DNA of 64,000 nucleotides from Phycisphaerae bacterium. Its GTDB lineage: Bacteria > Planctomycetota > Phycisphaerae > WQYP01. Made by a program: the position numbers and the translations under genes. Below, piece by piece: positions 37,798-46,887 of the stretch (position 1 is its first letter; each line of letters starts with the position of its first letter). The stretch is from NCBI GenBank assembly GCA_051955985.1, contig JBQCGD010000039.1, positions 1,137 through 65,136 of the forward strand. The letters are read 5' to 3'. The notes below the pieces were generated by a model that did no database searches, was not told where the DNA came from, and saw nothing but the letters and a program-made list of their open reading frames with translations.

Positions 37798-38886
37798 ATG
37801 CCGCTCAACATCAAGCCCAAGGAAGCCACGCAACTCGACCTCGTTTCGCTCGGCGAATGCATGATCCGTCTTTCGCCACCGGGGCATGGCCGCATTGAAT
37901 TCGCCAACACGCTGGAAGTGTGGGTGGGCGGCGGGGAATACAACGTGGCGTATGCGTTGTCGCGGCTGGGTCTTCGGACGGGGTGGACGAGCCGGCTGGT
38001 GGATAACCCGCTGGGGCACCTGGTCCTGAACCATGCCCGGTCGGTGGGCGTGGATGTGCAGCACGTGAACGTGGCGAAGTATGACGGCGTGGGGACGGCG
38101 GACCGAATCGGGCTGAATTTCACGGAAGTGGGGACGGGGGTGCGGGCGTCGGTGACGATGTATGACCGCGGGCATTCGGCGGCGATGCACATGAAGCCGA
38201 CGGATGTGGACTTTGATGCCCTCTTCAGCAAGCGCGGGGTGCGGTGGCTACACACCGGCGGGATCTTCACGGCCCTGTCGGACACGACGGCGGCGACGGT
38301 GAAGGAAGCGCTGGTGAAGGCGAAATCGAACGGGACGATCACGTCGTATGACCTGAACTTCCGCTCGAAGTTGTGGAGCGCCCAGAAGGCGCAGGCGGTG
38401 ACGAAGGACCTGATCCAGTACGTGGACTGCCTCATCGGGAACGAAGAGGACTTCCAGAAGGTGCTGGGCTTCGAGGTGGAAGGGGTGGATGAAGAGAACC
38501 TGGGGGCGCTGGACACGTCGGCGTACAAGAAGATGGTGGAGAAGGTGGTGACGAAGTACCCGAACATCCGCGTGGTCGGGACGACGCTGCGGGAAGTGAA
38601 GTCGGGGCTGATCAACAACTGGTCGGCGATCCTGTGGCATGATGGGAAGTTTTATGAATCGCGGCTGTTCAAGGACCTGGAGATTGAGGACCGCGTGGGC
38701 GGCGGGGACGGGTTTGCGTCGGGGTTTGCGTACGGGTTCCTGACGGGGATGTCGCCGGAGGAATGCGTGAACCTGGGTGCGGCGCATGGGGCGTTGCTGC
38801 AGACGACGCGTGGGGATACGAGCCAGATCACGAAGGAAGAGCTCCTTCACGTGTTCAAGGGCGGGAGTGCGCGGATCAAGCGGTGA
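37798..38886 (+). CDS. kdgK: PfkB-family sugar kinase, 2-dehydro-3-deoxygluconokinase-like
   Basis: N-terminal LVSLGECMIRL. C-terminal GGGDGFASGFAYGFL (PfkB signature 2). Start ambiguous between 37777 and 37798. Confidence 0.75.
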   Translation: MPLNIKPKEATQLDLVSLGECMIRLSPPGHGRIEFANTLEVWVGGGEYNVAYALSRLGLRTGWTSRLVDNPLGHLVLNHARSVGVDVQHVNVAKYDGVGTADRIGLNFTEVGTGVRASVTMYDRGHSAAMHMKPTDVDFDALFSKRGVRWLHTGGIFTALSDTTAATVKEALVKAKSNGTITSYDLNFRSKLWSAQKAQAVTKDLIQYVDCLIGNEEDFQKVLGFEVEGVDEENLGALDTSAYKKMVEKVVTKYPNIRVVGTTLREVKSGLINNWSAILWHDGKFYESRLFKDLEIEDRVGGGDGFASGFAYGFLTGMSPEECVNLGAAHGALLQTTRGDTSQITKEELLHVFKGGSARIKR

Positions 38887-38944
38887 TATCGGATCCAAGC
38901 ATGACAGCAGAATTGCAGAGCCCCGGAGAAATCCGGGGCTTTTC

Positions 38945-38993
38945 GTTTGGTATGGCTGGTCGATGGCCGATACAATCTAGTCAGACTAGTCAG
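38945..38993 (+). promoter_or_regulatory. putative TA promoter (-10 TACAAT) with overlapping direct-repeat operator CTAGTCAGA-CTAGTCAGG
   Basis: tacaat at 38971-38976. Tandem 9-mers at 38977-38993 overlap the likely TSS and precede the AGGAG of the antitoxin gene. Confidence 0.4.
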
Positions 38994-39002
38994 GAGAACT
39001 GG

Positions 39003-39374
39003 ATGGAAGGCAAATTCCGGAAGAAGCAGGGCGGCCGCAAGGGGTTACCGGAGGCCAAGGATTCGGGGCTGGCGGGCGAGCCGGCGCGATTTGGCGGGGG
39101 GCGTCCGCTGAAGCGCTGGCAGCTGCAGGAGGCGAAGGCGAAGTTTTCGGAGGTATTTGATCGCGCGGTGAAGGAAGGGCCGCAGGTGGTGACCCGGAGG
39201 AACAAGGAGGCGGTGGTCATTTTGCCGGAGGCGGAATTCCGGAAGTTGACGCAGATGCCGCGCGGGGGAGAGCCGAATTTGCTGGCGGTGCTACTGCAAT
39301 GTCCGAAGGGGCCGGACCTGGAGATACACCGGGACGAGGGGACGGTTCTCGATCTTCCGCCTGTGTTTGAATGA
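39003..39374 (+). CDS. Phd/YefM-family antitoxin (VapB-like) with unusual basic N-terminal extension
   Basis: ...LKRWQLQEAKAKFSEVFDRAVKEGPQVVTRRNKEAVVILPEAEFRKL. ATG with AGGAG + 7. Stop overlaps the vapC start (ATGA). Confidence 0.7.
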   Translation: MEGKFRKKQGGRKGLPEAKDSGLAGEPARFGGGRPLKRWQLQEAKAKFSEVFDRAVKEGPQVVTRRNKEAVVILPEAEFRKLTQMPRGGEPNLLAVLLQCPKGPDLEIHRDEGTVLDLPPVFE

Positions 39375-39796
39375 GCGTCATGTTTCTTCTCGACACGTGC
39401 GCCCTTTCAGAACTCGTTTCAAAGCATGCGAATCCGCATGCGGTGGAGATGATCACTTCGATTCCGGACGACGAGTGGTTTCTGGCGGCGGCTTCTGTGG
39501 GGGAGATTCGCCGGGGCATCGATGAATCGGCAGAAGGGGCACGACGGGACTTCCTGGAGGGGTGGTTTCGGGAGCACGTCGTGGGGCTTTATCTTCCGAA
39601 GATCATCGCGTTTGGCGTCGAGGAAGCAAAGGAGTGGGGAACTCTGCTGGCAACGCTACGGCGCAAGCGTCATCCCGTGAGCTTGCCGGACTCGCTGATT
39701 GCGGCCACGGCGCTGGTGCATGGGCTGACGGTGGTGACGCGCAATGTAAAGGACTTTGCGCCATCGGGCGTGAAGGTTTCGAATCCCTGGCGGTGA
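39371..39796 (+). CDS. vapC: PIN-domain toxin VapC
   Basis: FLLDTCALSEL (Asp1), ...DSLIAATALVHGLTVVTRNVKDF (conserved acidic residues). Confidence 0.8.
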   Translation: MSVMFLLDTCALSELVSKHANPHAVEMITSIPDDEWFLAAASVGEIRRGIDESAEGARRDFLEGWFREHVVGLYLPKIIAFGVEEAKEWGTLLATLRRKRHPVSLPDSLIAATALVHGLTVVTRNVKDFAPSGVKVSNPWR

Positions 39797-39962
39797 GCAT
39801 CGTTATCGGGCATTGGCCGGAATGTGCAAGGTTTGGGGCGAAAAAGACAAATGGGGGGCTATCGGTCGATAGTGAACAACATTTATATTTTGAAATGCGG
39901 TGAAGCGTGGCCGATGTGGGCAGGTTTGGATTTGTGGTGGTCACCGCCGGAGGAGAAAATAG

Positions 39963-42900
39963 ATGGGTTTGCATTCCACACGCGCGTCGGCGCTGGCATT
40001 GTCGTTGAGCGTCGGGGTTGCTGCCGGCACTGCTTTTGGCGCGCCGGAGGCGTTTTTGGGGGCGCAGGGATTTGGGGCGGAGGCTTCCGGCGGGCGGGCG
40101 GGGAGCATTTATGTGGTGACGAACCTGAATGATTCAGGGGCGGGGTCGTTTCGGGATGCGGTGTCGGCGTCGAACCGGATCGTCGTGTTTGCCGTCAGCG
40201 GGCAGATCAACCTGCAGTCGGCGGTGAGCGCGAAGTCGAATTTGACGATCCTGGGGCAGACGGCGCCGGGGCAGGGGATTGCGATCCAGGGGCGGGAGGT
40301 GTCGTTCGACAAGCAGAGCAACGACATTGTCCAGTACATGCGGTTCCGGGAGGGGAGCGTCGATCCGAACGAAAAAGCGAGCATCAACCTGGGGAGCACG
40401 ACGAACGTGATCCTGGATCACGTGTCGGTGGAGTACGCGCAGTACGACAACATCGACGCGGTGGGGACGAACGGGGTGGCGAACCTCACGCTGCAGAACT
40501 GCATCCTGGCGAACCCGATCAAGGCGCAGCAGTTCAACATGCACACGGAGGGGACGAACGTCACCTACCTGGCGAACATCTGGGCGAACGCGCACAACCG
40601 GAATCCGCTGGCGAAGTCGGACACGCAGTACATCAACAATATTGTTTACGACTACCAGGCGGGGTACACGACGGGGAATTCGGGCGGGCATTTCAATTAT
40701 GACATTTTGAACAATTACTTCATTGCGGGGCCGTCGACGTCGAGCGCGAACAATGCGTGGTATCAACTGGATTCGTATCAATCGGCGTATGCGTCGGGGA
40801 ACCTGCTCGATTCGAACAAGGATGGCACGCTGAACGGCTCGGCGACGACGCCGGGCGGCGTCACCGTGCTTCCGTCCGAATATTTCGCTTCCACCCGCTT
40901 CCTGCCGACGCTCTCGGCGACGGATGCCTTTTACTTCACCACGGCGCATGCCGGCGACATGTACAACAACGGCAATGGGACCTTCGGGCTGGACCAGGTG
41001 GACACCCGGGTGGTGGCGGATGTCCTTTCGAACGGGACGGCGGGGCACATCTACAACAGCGAGAACACGAGCCCGAGCGTCGGCTTCGGCACGATCCCGC
41101 AGACCACCGTGGGACCGGACACGCTCGACACGGTTCCTTTCGCGTGGCTCACGGCGCACGGCCTTTCGACGACGAACGCGGCGGACCTGCTGAAGAAGAA
41201 CGCCCTCGGCTACACGATGCTGGAACAGTATGCGTATGAAGTGTCGGATGCGTATGCGTCCAAGGCGTGGACGAATTCGGCGGGGAGCTGGGTGAGCGGG
41301 GCGTGGAGCGGCGCGGCGCCCGGGCCGTACGATCATGCGTACATCCTGGGCAACGGGGTGACGAACGGGGCGGCGACGATCTCGGGGTCGGACGCGGCGA
41401 ACGCGTTCAGCCTGAACATCGGCGGGAACGGGCCGGCGGGCGGCGGCGAATCGCTGACGGTGAGCGGCGGGTCGCTGACGGTGCAAAGCGCCATCACGGT
41501 GGGCGATCAGAACAACGGGACGCTCAACATCTCCGGCGGCACCGTCTTCGCTTACAACATCCAGTTGGGGAACACCGTGCTGAACGCGGACGGCAGCGCG
41601 GGGGCCACGTACAATGGCACGCTCAACTTCACCGGCGGCACACTGCTGACGCAACAGATCGTCCAGGGCGGCGGGATGTATGGGGCGTGGAACAGCGGCG
41701 GGTCGTTCAACTGGTCCGGCAACGCGACGATCCAGGCGCTGGGCAATTTCAGCATCAGCGTGCCGACAAACCTCGGGGCGGGCGGCGGGACGTTTGATTC
41801 CGGCGGCTTCTCGGGAAGTTTTTCGGGGAACATCACCGGCAGCGGCGGGCTCACGAAGATGGGCGACGGGGTGGTGACGCTCTCGGGGAGCAACAGCTAC
41901 ACCGGCGGCACGGCGCTCAACGGGGGAGAAGTGATCATTGCCTCGGATGCCAACATCGGCGGGGCGAACAGCGTCCTTACGTTCAACGGCGGCATGCTGG
42001 GGATCACCGGCACATCGATCACCAACTTCGACAGCCACGTGGTGAACTGGAGCTCGTTCAACGGCGGCTTCGATATCACCAACAAGGCGGCGACGATCGC
42101 CATCCACCAGAACATCAGCGGCGGCGGCTCGCTGACCGTTGACGGGGCGGGGACGCTCGTGCTCACGGGGACCAACACCTACACCGGCGGGACGTATCTC
42201 AACGGCGGCGAACTGAGCATCGCCTCGGACGCCAGCATCGGCGGGACCTCGAGCAAGATCACGTTCAACGGCGGGGTGCTGCAGATCAACGGGGCGCAGC
42301 CGAACATTGATTCGCATGTCGTGAACTGGTCCACCTTCAGCGGCGGGTTTGACATCGTGAGCGCGGGCAACACGTTCACGGTGGGCAGCGCGATCGGCGG
42401 CAGCGGCAACTTCATCAAGGCGGGCGCGGGGGCCCTCGTCCTGAACAATGCCAACACGTTCACCGGCACCACAACGATTTCGGGCGGGACGCTGCGCATC
42501 GGCAACGCGCTCGCGCTGCAAAACAGCACGGTGGCGATCACGGGCGCGGGGGCGTCGCTGGATGTGAATCACCTGAACGCCACGATCGGCGGGCTGAGTG
42601 GGAATCAGCCGCTGGATCTTGAGAACACCACGCTCACGGTCGGCAACAACGGCGGCAGCAGCACGTTCACGGGGAGCATCAGCAGCACCGGCGGGCCGGG
42701 GAGGCTGATCAAGACCGGGGCGGGCGAACTGACCCTCGGCGGGAACAGCAGCTACGGCAACACGACGATTTCCGCGGGGGACATTCGCGCCACTTCAAAT
42801 AACGCGCTGGGCAGCGGCACGGTGACGATCAACATCGTCGACGGGCTGGAACTGGCGAACGGCGTCACGTTGCCGAACAACATCGTGGCGGCGCCGGGAG

Positions 42901-44315
42901 CGAATGAATTCGCCGACGTTCCGGATGCGGGTGCGGCGGCGACGCTCGCGGGGGACGTGTCGATCACCGGGGGCTCGAACCAGTACCGGCTCGGCATCAG
43001 CGCATCGGGCGCGGTGCTCACGCTGACCGGGACGCACTCCACCAACACGTTGACGCTGATCACCCGCGGCAACATCGTCTTCGCCGGCAACGGGTCGCTC
43101 ACATCGACGCAGGCGATCAACATCGGGCGGAACAGTTCCGGGTCGGCCGAGCACCTCACGCTGCAGGACAACGCGTTTCTTTCGAGCGCGGCCGGGATCA
43201 ACCTCGGCGGGATCAACGGGACGTCGGACGACGGGAACACCACCGTGACGCTCAACGGGAATGCGTCGCTGAACGCGGGCACGAAGCCGGTGAACCTGAA
43301 CAACAGCGATGTCAGCGGCACGACGACGCTGACGCTCAACGGCAACAGCACCGTGTACGCGGGCGGCTTCACGACCGGCGGGAGCAAGCAGGGACAATCG
43401 ACGCTGAACGTCAACGGCGGGACGATCGTCGCCACCGCTTCGGACGGCACGGCGCTCTTCATGCCGGCGCTGGGCATTTCCGGCAAACCGCTGGCGGCGA
43501 CGATCCAATCCGGCGGCATGACGATCAACAGCAACGGGTTCACCATCACGGTGGCGCAGCCGTTCGGCGGGAGCGGCGGGCTTACGAAAACGGGCGGCGG
43601 GTCGCTCACGCTCACGGGGGCGAACACGTTCACGGGCGGCGTTTCCGCGGCGGGGGGCACGCTCGTTGTGGCGAATGCGGCGGCGCTGGGGACGGGAGCG
43701 CTGGCGATTCACGGCGGGGCGACGGTGCAGTTGCAGGCATCGCCGAAGGTGCCGGGGCTGACGTTTGACGGAGGGAGCGGCAACTGGTCGGGCACGCTGG
43801 ATCTCGCGGCGAGCAAGCTGGTGCTGGAGCCGGCGACGAACAAGGCGGCCGCGCTTGCCGCGGCGCGCAACCAGGCGGCGACGGGCGCGATCACCAGTTC
43901 AAGCCTGCCGGCGAATTTCGGGATCGCCGTGATCGACAATGCGGCGTTGAATGTGCCGTTCACCACGTTCGGCGGGCAGGGGGTTGACGGGAATTCGGTG
44001 CTGATCGCGGCGGAACTTCTCGGCGACACAAATGCCGACGGCGCCGTGGACCTGACCGATCTCTCCACGATTCTCAATCACTTCGGCCAGGCGACGGGCG
44101 CGTGGACCGACGGCAATTTCGACAATGCGGCGACGATCGACCTGACCGATCTTTCGGACGTGCTCAACAACTTCGGGCTGACCAATCCGAATGCGAGCGT
44201 CGATCCCGCCCCGGCGGTTGGCGCGGCGGCCGCGCCGGAGCCGGCGTCGGTGCTCACGCTTCTGCCGCTGGGCGCAGGCGTTCTGATGCGTCGCCGGCGG
44301 AGGCAGCATTTTTAA
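39963..44315 (+). CDS. secreted pectate lyase-domain protein with autotransporter-associated beta-strand repeats, dockerin-like twin repeat and PEP-CTERM tail (1450 aa)
   Basis: GGAGGAG RBS. Signal peptide. N-terminal domain GSIYVVTNLNDSGAGSFRDAV...NLTILGQTAPGQGIAIQG (pectate-lyase-like). About 20 x G.G.LTL.G.NTYTGGT repeats. Then DTNADGAVDLTDLSTILNHFG / IDLTDLSDVLNNFG and ...PEPASVLTLLPLGAGVLMRRRRR. Confidence 0.8.
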   Translation: MGLHSTRASALALSLSVGVAAGTAFGAPEAFLGAQGFGAEASGGRAGSIYVVTNLNDSGAGSFRDAVSASNRIVVFAVSGQINLQSAVSAKSNLTILGQTAPGQGIAIQGREVSFDKQSNDIVQYMRFREGSVDPNEKASINLGSTTNVILDHVSVEYAQYDNIDAVGTNGVANLTLQNCILANPIKAQQFNMHTEGTNVTYLANIWANAHNRNPLAKSDTQYINNIVYDYQAGYTTGNSGGHFNYDILNNYFIAGPSTSSANNAWYQLDSYQSAYASGNLLDSNKDGTLNGSATTPGGVTVLPSEYFASTRFLPTLSATDAFYFTTAHAGDMYNNGNGTFGLDQVDTRVVADVLSNGTAGHIYNSENTSPSVGFGTIPQTTVGPDTLDTVPFAWLTAHGLSTTNAADLLKKNALGYTMLEQYAYEVSDAYASKAWTNSAGSWVSGAWSGAAPGPYDHAYILGNGVTNGAATISGSDAANAFSLNIGGNGPAGGGESLTVSGGSLTVQSAITVGDQNNGTLNISGGTVFAYNIQLGNTVLNADGSAGATYNGTLNFTGGTLLTQQIVQGGGMYGAWNSGGSFNWSGNATIQALGNFSISVPTNLGAGGGTFDSGGFSGSFSGNITGSGGLTKMGDGVVTLSGSNSYTGGTALNGGEVIIASDANIGGANSVLTFNGGMLGITGTSITNFDSHVVNWSSFNGGFDITNKAATIAIHQNISGGGSLTVDGAGTLVLTGTNTYTGGTYLNGGELSIASDASIGGTSSKITFNGGVLQINGAQPNIDSHVVNWSTFSGGFDIVSAGNTFTVGSAIGGSGNFIKAGAGALVLNNANTFTGTTTISGGTLRIGNALALQNSTVAITGAGASLDVNHLNATIGGLSGNQPLDLENTTLTVGNNGGSSTFTGSISSTGGPGRLIKTGAGELTLGGNSSYGNTTISAGDIRATSNNALGSGTVTINIVDGLELANGVTLPNNIVAAPGANEFADVPDAGAAATLAGDVSITGGSNQYRLGISASGAVLTLTGTHSTNTLTLITRGNIVFAGNGSLTSTQAINIGRNSSGSAEHLTLQDNAFLSSAAGINLGGINGTSDDGNTTVTLNGNASLNAGTKPVNLNNSDVSGTTTLTLNGNSTVYAGGFTTGGSKQGQSTLNVNGGTIVATASDGTALFMPALGISGKPLAATIQSGGMTINSNGFTITVAQPFGGSGGLTKTGGGSLTLTGANTFTGGVSAAGGTLVVANAAALGTGALAIHGGATVQLQASPKVPGLTFDGGSGNWSGTLDLAASKLVLEPATNKAAALAAARNQAATGAITSSSLPANFGIAVIDNAALNVPFTTFGGQGVDGNSVLIAAELLGDTNADGAVDLTDLSTILNHFGQATGAWTDGNFDNAATIDLTDLSDVLNNFGLTNPNASVDPAPAVGAAAAPEPASVLTLLPLGAGVLMRRRRRQHF
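44105..44270 (+). repeat. 160-bp module (dockerin-like repeat 2 + PEP-CTERM start), ~95% identical to 46420..46583
   Basis: Direct nucleotide comparison shows only ~5-6 mismatches over ~160 nt. Confidence 0.7.
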
Positions 44316-44359
44316 TCGCATCGCGAAGCATCCGCTTCGTGCGATCCTCAGGAGACTCC

Positions 44360-46639
44360 ATGGGCTTCACCGGCGGTTCTCCCATCGCGAAATACCGTGT
44401 TCTCGTGGCGGCGCTCTCCCTGGCTGTGACCGCAGCTGCGGCTCAGGCCACGGAATATGCCATTGAGCCGCTCGGCCTCACAGATCCGGCCCACACGCTC
44501 GCCAACAACACCTATTTGAGCACCGTCTCCCTCATCAATAGCCAAGGCGACATCGCGGGCACGTCCCTCGGGATTGCAGGCAATAACAGCCAAGCCGATG
44601 CCTGGCTTTACCGCGCCGCCAACCGCAGTGTCTCGCTTATCAGCCTTCCCAACTCCACGTTCTCTTCTGATTGGGATACGAGCGTCGTCAGTCTGCTCAA
44701 CTCCTCAGGCGATGCCGTCGGCATCACGCGTAATCAAAATCTCACCACCATGCAGGCAGCGTGGGTGTATAACCACGCCACCGGCGTGACCACACGCATC
44801 GGCCTCACCGATTCTGACCACATCAATCCCAATGTCGGCCCCTCTTTTGGACAGCAGTCCAGCAACGTCTCCCTCCTCAACGTGAACGGACAAGTCGCCG
44901 GCACCTCCCTCCGTTACTCCCTCGGCAACGGCAACGACGGCCAGGGCAGCGCCGGCACCGACACCTGGTTCTATAACAAAACAGCCAACACCACTGTCCA
45001 GATCGGCCTCACTGGCGGTATCTACACCGGCGGCAGCAACCAGACCAGCGGTCTCACCGCCATGAACGCCTCCGGCGTCACGCTTGGCTTCTCTTACCAA
45101 TACACCGGCACCACGCTGTCTAATCAGACCTCCGCTTGGCTCTACGACCCCTCCTCCAACACGACGAGCGCACTTGCTCTTCCGCCCAGCGTGACCATCC
45201 CCGCCGCTTACCCCAATACCGCCCCCATTGTCCGGTTGTCCCCCGCTATTCCGTGGGAGAGCCCCATCAACGACGAAGGCGATATTTCCATCACCGCCAC
45301 CGGACCCGCTGCCGGCAACGTCACCCAATCGCTTGCTTATCTGTACAACCCCACCACCGGGTACGCGCAGCAAGTCGGCCTTACCTCCGCCGCCTACCAA
45401 TCCGCCAACGGCACCTTCTACTCGCAGCCGTATTTCCTCACCGCCACCGGCAATATCGTTGGCGTTTCCTATCTCGGAGGCTCCACCCGTGGCAGTGCCG
45501 ACATCTGGTATTTTGACAAATCCACCGGCACCACCCTCCCGATTAACCCCGCCTCCTTCAACGGCTCACCCAGCAACGTACCCTTTTCCATCGACCCCTC
45601 CGGCCAGCACGTCATCCTCGCCTCCCAAAACAGCGTTTATTGCGAATACAACAACCTCACCCACACCAGCACCCAACTTGGTTACACCGGCGGCATCTAC
45701 AACAACACCAGCGGCAACTCCTTCACCCACTTCCATCGCCTCAATGCCAATGGCCAGGCTGCCGGATATTCCATCATCTTCAACGGCGGAGACCAAACCG
45801 TCGGTACCCAGGCCTGGTTCTTCGACCCCAACACTACAACCTCTATCCCCATCGGCCTCTTCGATCCTGTCGACACCGACCCCCAGGGCTTCCCCCGCAA
45901 CGCCCCCGCCATCCTCAACGACAACGGCATCATCGTCGGCACCTCCACCCGCTACACCGGTAAAGTCCTCGCGGGAAACGATGGCTGGTATTACGATCCG
46001 GCCTCCAACACCACCACTCCCATCCGCATGTCTGTCGAATCCAACGGCTTCGCCAATCTCACCTTCAAATCCCTCAGCCCCAACGGCATCGCGCTCGGAT
46101 CTTTCGCCAAATTCGACGGCAACACTTACCTCGGCCAGTTCGCCTTCCTCTTCGACCCCGCCACCGGCCCCATCGATCTCGGGCTCAACGTCGCCAATCT
46201 CTCGGACAATGGCTGGCAATACCTGCAGTCGGCGACGGCCGCCCTCGCCACCGGCCAGATCATCGGCATGGGCCACCTCACCAACGAAGTCGTCGCCTAC
46301 ACCCTCTCCGCGTACCTCCTCACCCCGGTCCTGCCAGGCGACGCCAACATCGACGGCAAAGTCGACCTCGGCGACCTCTCCATCGTTCTCAACAACTTCG
46401 GCGCCGCTACCACCTCCTGGACCGACGGCAATTTCGACAACGCGGCGACGATCGACCTGACCGATCTTTCGGACGTGCTCAACAATTTCGGGCTGACCAA
46501 TCCGAATGCGAGCGTCGATCCGGCCCCGGCGCTTGGCGCGGCGGCCGCGCCGGAGCCGGCGTCGCTTGCGCTTCTGCTGCCCGCGCTGCTGATGCCGCGG
46601 CGGCGTCGCCGGCAGCCGCGGATGCGTTTCACCCGCTGA
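44360..46639 (+). CDS. secreted PEP-CTERM protein with dockerin-like twin repeat (759 aa)
   Basis: ATG 44360 with AGGAG + 6. Signal peptide MGFTGGSPIAKYRVLVAALSLAVTAAAAQA. C-terminal DANIDGKVDLGDLSIVLNNFG...IDLTDLSDVLNNFG...PEPASLALLLPALLMPRRRRR. Track start 44102 is an over-extension. Confidence 0.75.
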   Translation: MGFTGGSPIAKYRVLVAALSLAVTAAAAQATEYAIEPLGLTDPAHTLANNTYLSTVSLINSQGDIAGTSLGIAGNNSQADAWLYRAANRSVSLISLPNSTFSSDWDTSVVSLLNSSGDAVGITRNQNLTTMQAAWVYNHATGVTTRIGLTDSDHINPNVGPSFGQQSSNVSLLNVNGQVAGTSLRYSLGNGNDGQGSAGTDTWFYNKTANTTVQIGLTGGIYTGGSNQTSGLTAMNASGVTLGFSYQYTGTTLSNQTSAWLYDPSSNTTSALALPPSVTIPAAYPNTAPIVRLSPAIPWESPINDEGDISITATGPAAGNVTQSLAYLYNPTTGYAQQVGLTSAAYQSANGTFYSQPYFLTATGNIVGVSYLGGSTRGSADIWYFDKSTGTTLPINPASFNGSPSNVPFSIDPSGQHVILASQNSVYCEYNNLTHTSTQLGYTGGIYNNTSGNSFTHFHRLNANGQAAGYSIIFNGGDQTVGTQAWFFDPNTTTSIPIGLFDPVDTDPQGFPRNAPAILNDNGIIVGTSTRYTGKVLAGNDGWYYDPASNTTTPIRMSVESNGFANLTFKSLSPNGIALGSFAKFDGNTYLGQFAFLFDPATGPIDLGLNVANLSDNGWQYLQSATAALATGQIIGMGHLTNEVVAYTLSAYLLTPVLPGDANIDGKVDLGDLSIVLNNFGAATTSWTDGNFDNAATIDLTDLSDVLNNFGLTNPNASVDPAPALGAAAAPEPASLALLLPALLMPRRRRRQPRMRFTR
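46420..46583 (+). repeat. second copy of the 160-bp dockerin/PEP-CTERM module
   Basis: See 44105..44270. The embedded segment has NNG-type codons unlike the rest of its host gene. Confidence 0.7.
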
Positions 46640-46887
46640 TACCCCCCTGGCCATCGGAACATTCCTTACGACCCGCCGTGCGGATGACGGGCGCGGCGGC
46701 GCCGAAGCGGACGGCGTAGGTCCTTTGCTCATTTTGCTAAGACCTGCATGAAAACGCCGCACTTTGTCTTGCATTCCATTTCGGGTTCTCCATACTTCCA
46801 GTAGCGGAGCGATGGCGCGCACAGCGGAACCCACCTCTCGCCCGCGGACGTTTGCTTTCCATCTTCGGTTCTTGCTGGAGGTCAACC

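Noticed and set aside
40134-43712. Long minus-strand Arg-rich ORFs (40134..42572, 42795..43712, 42752..43660)
   Set aside because: Antisense to the pectate-lyase/beta-repeat gene, whose + strand frame has signal peptide, catalytic domain, repeats and PEP-CTERM.
43899-44321. Minus-strand 140-aa ORF and 44348..44593 ORF at the pectate-lyase / paralog junction
   Set aside because: Antisense of dockerin/PEP-CTERM coding sequence and of the next gene's signal peptide. Arg-rich translation from the complement of Ala/Pro codons.
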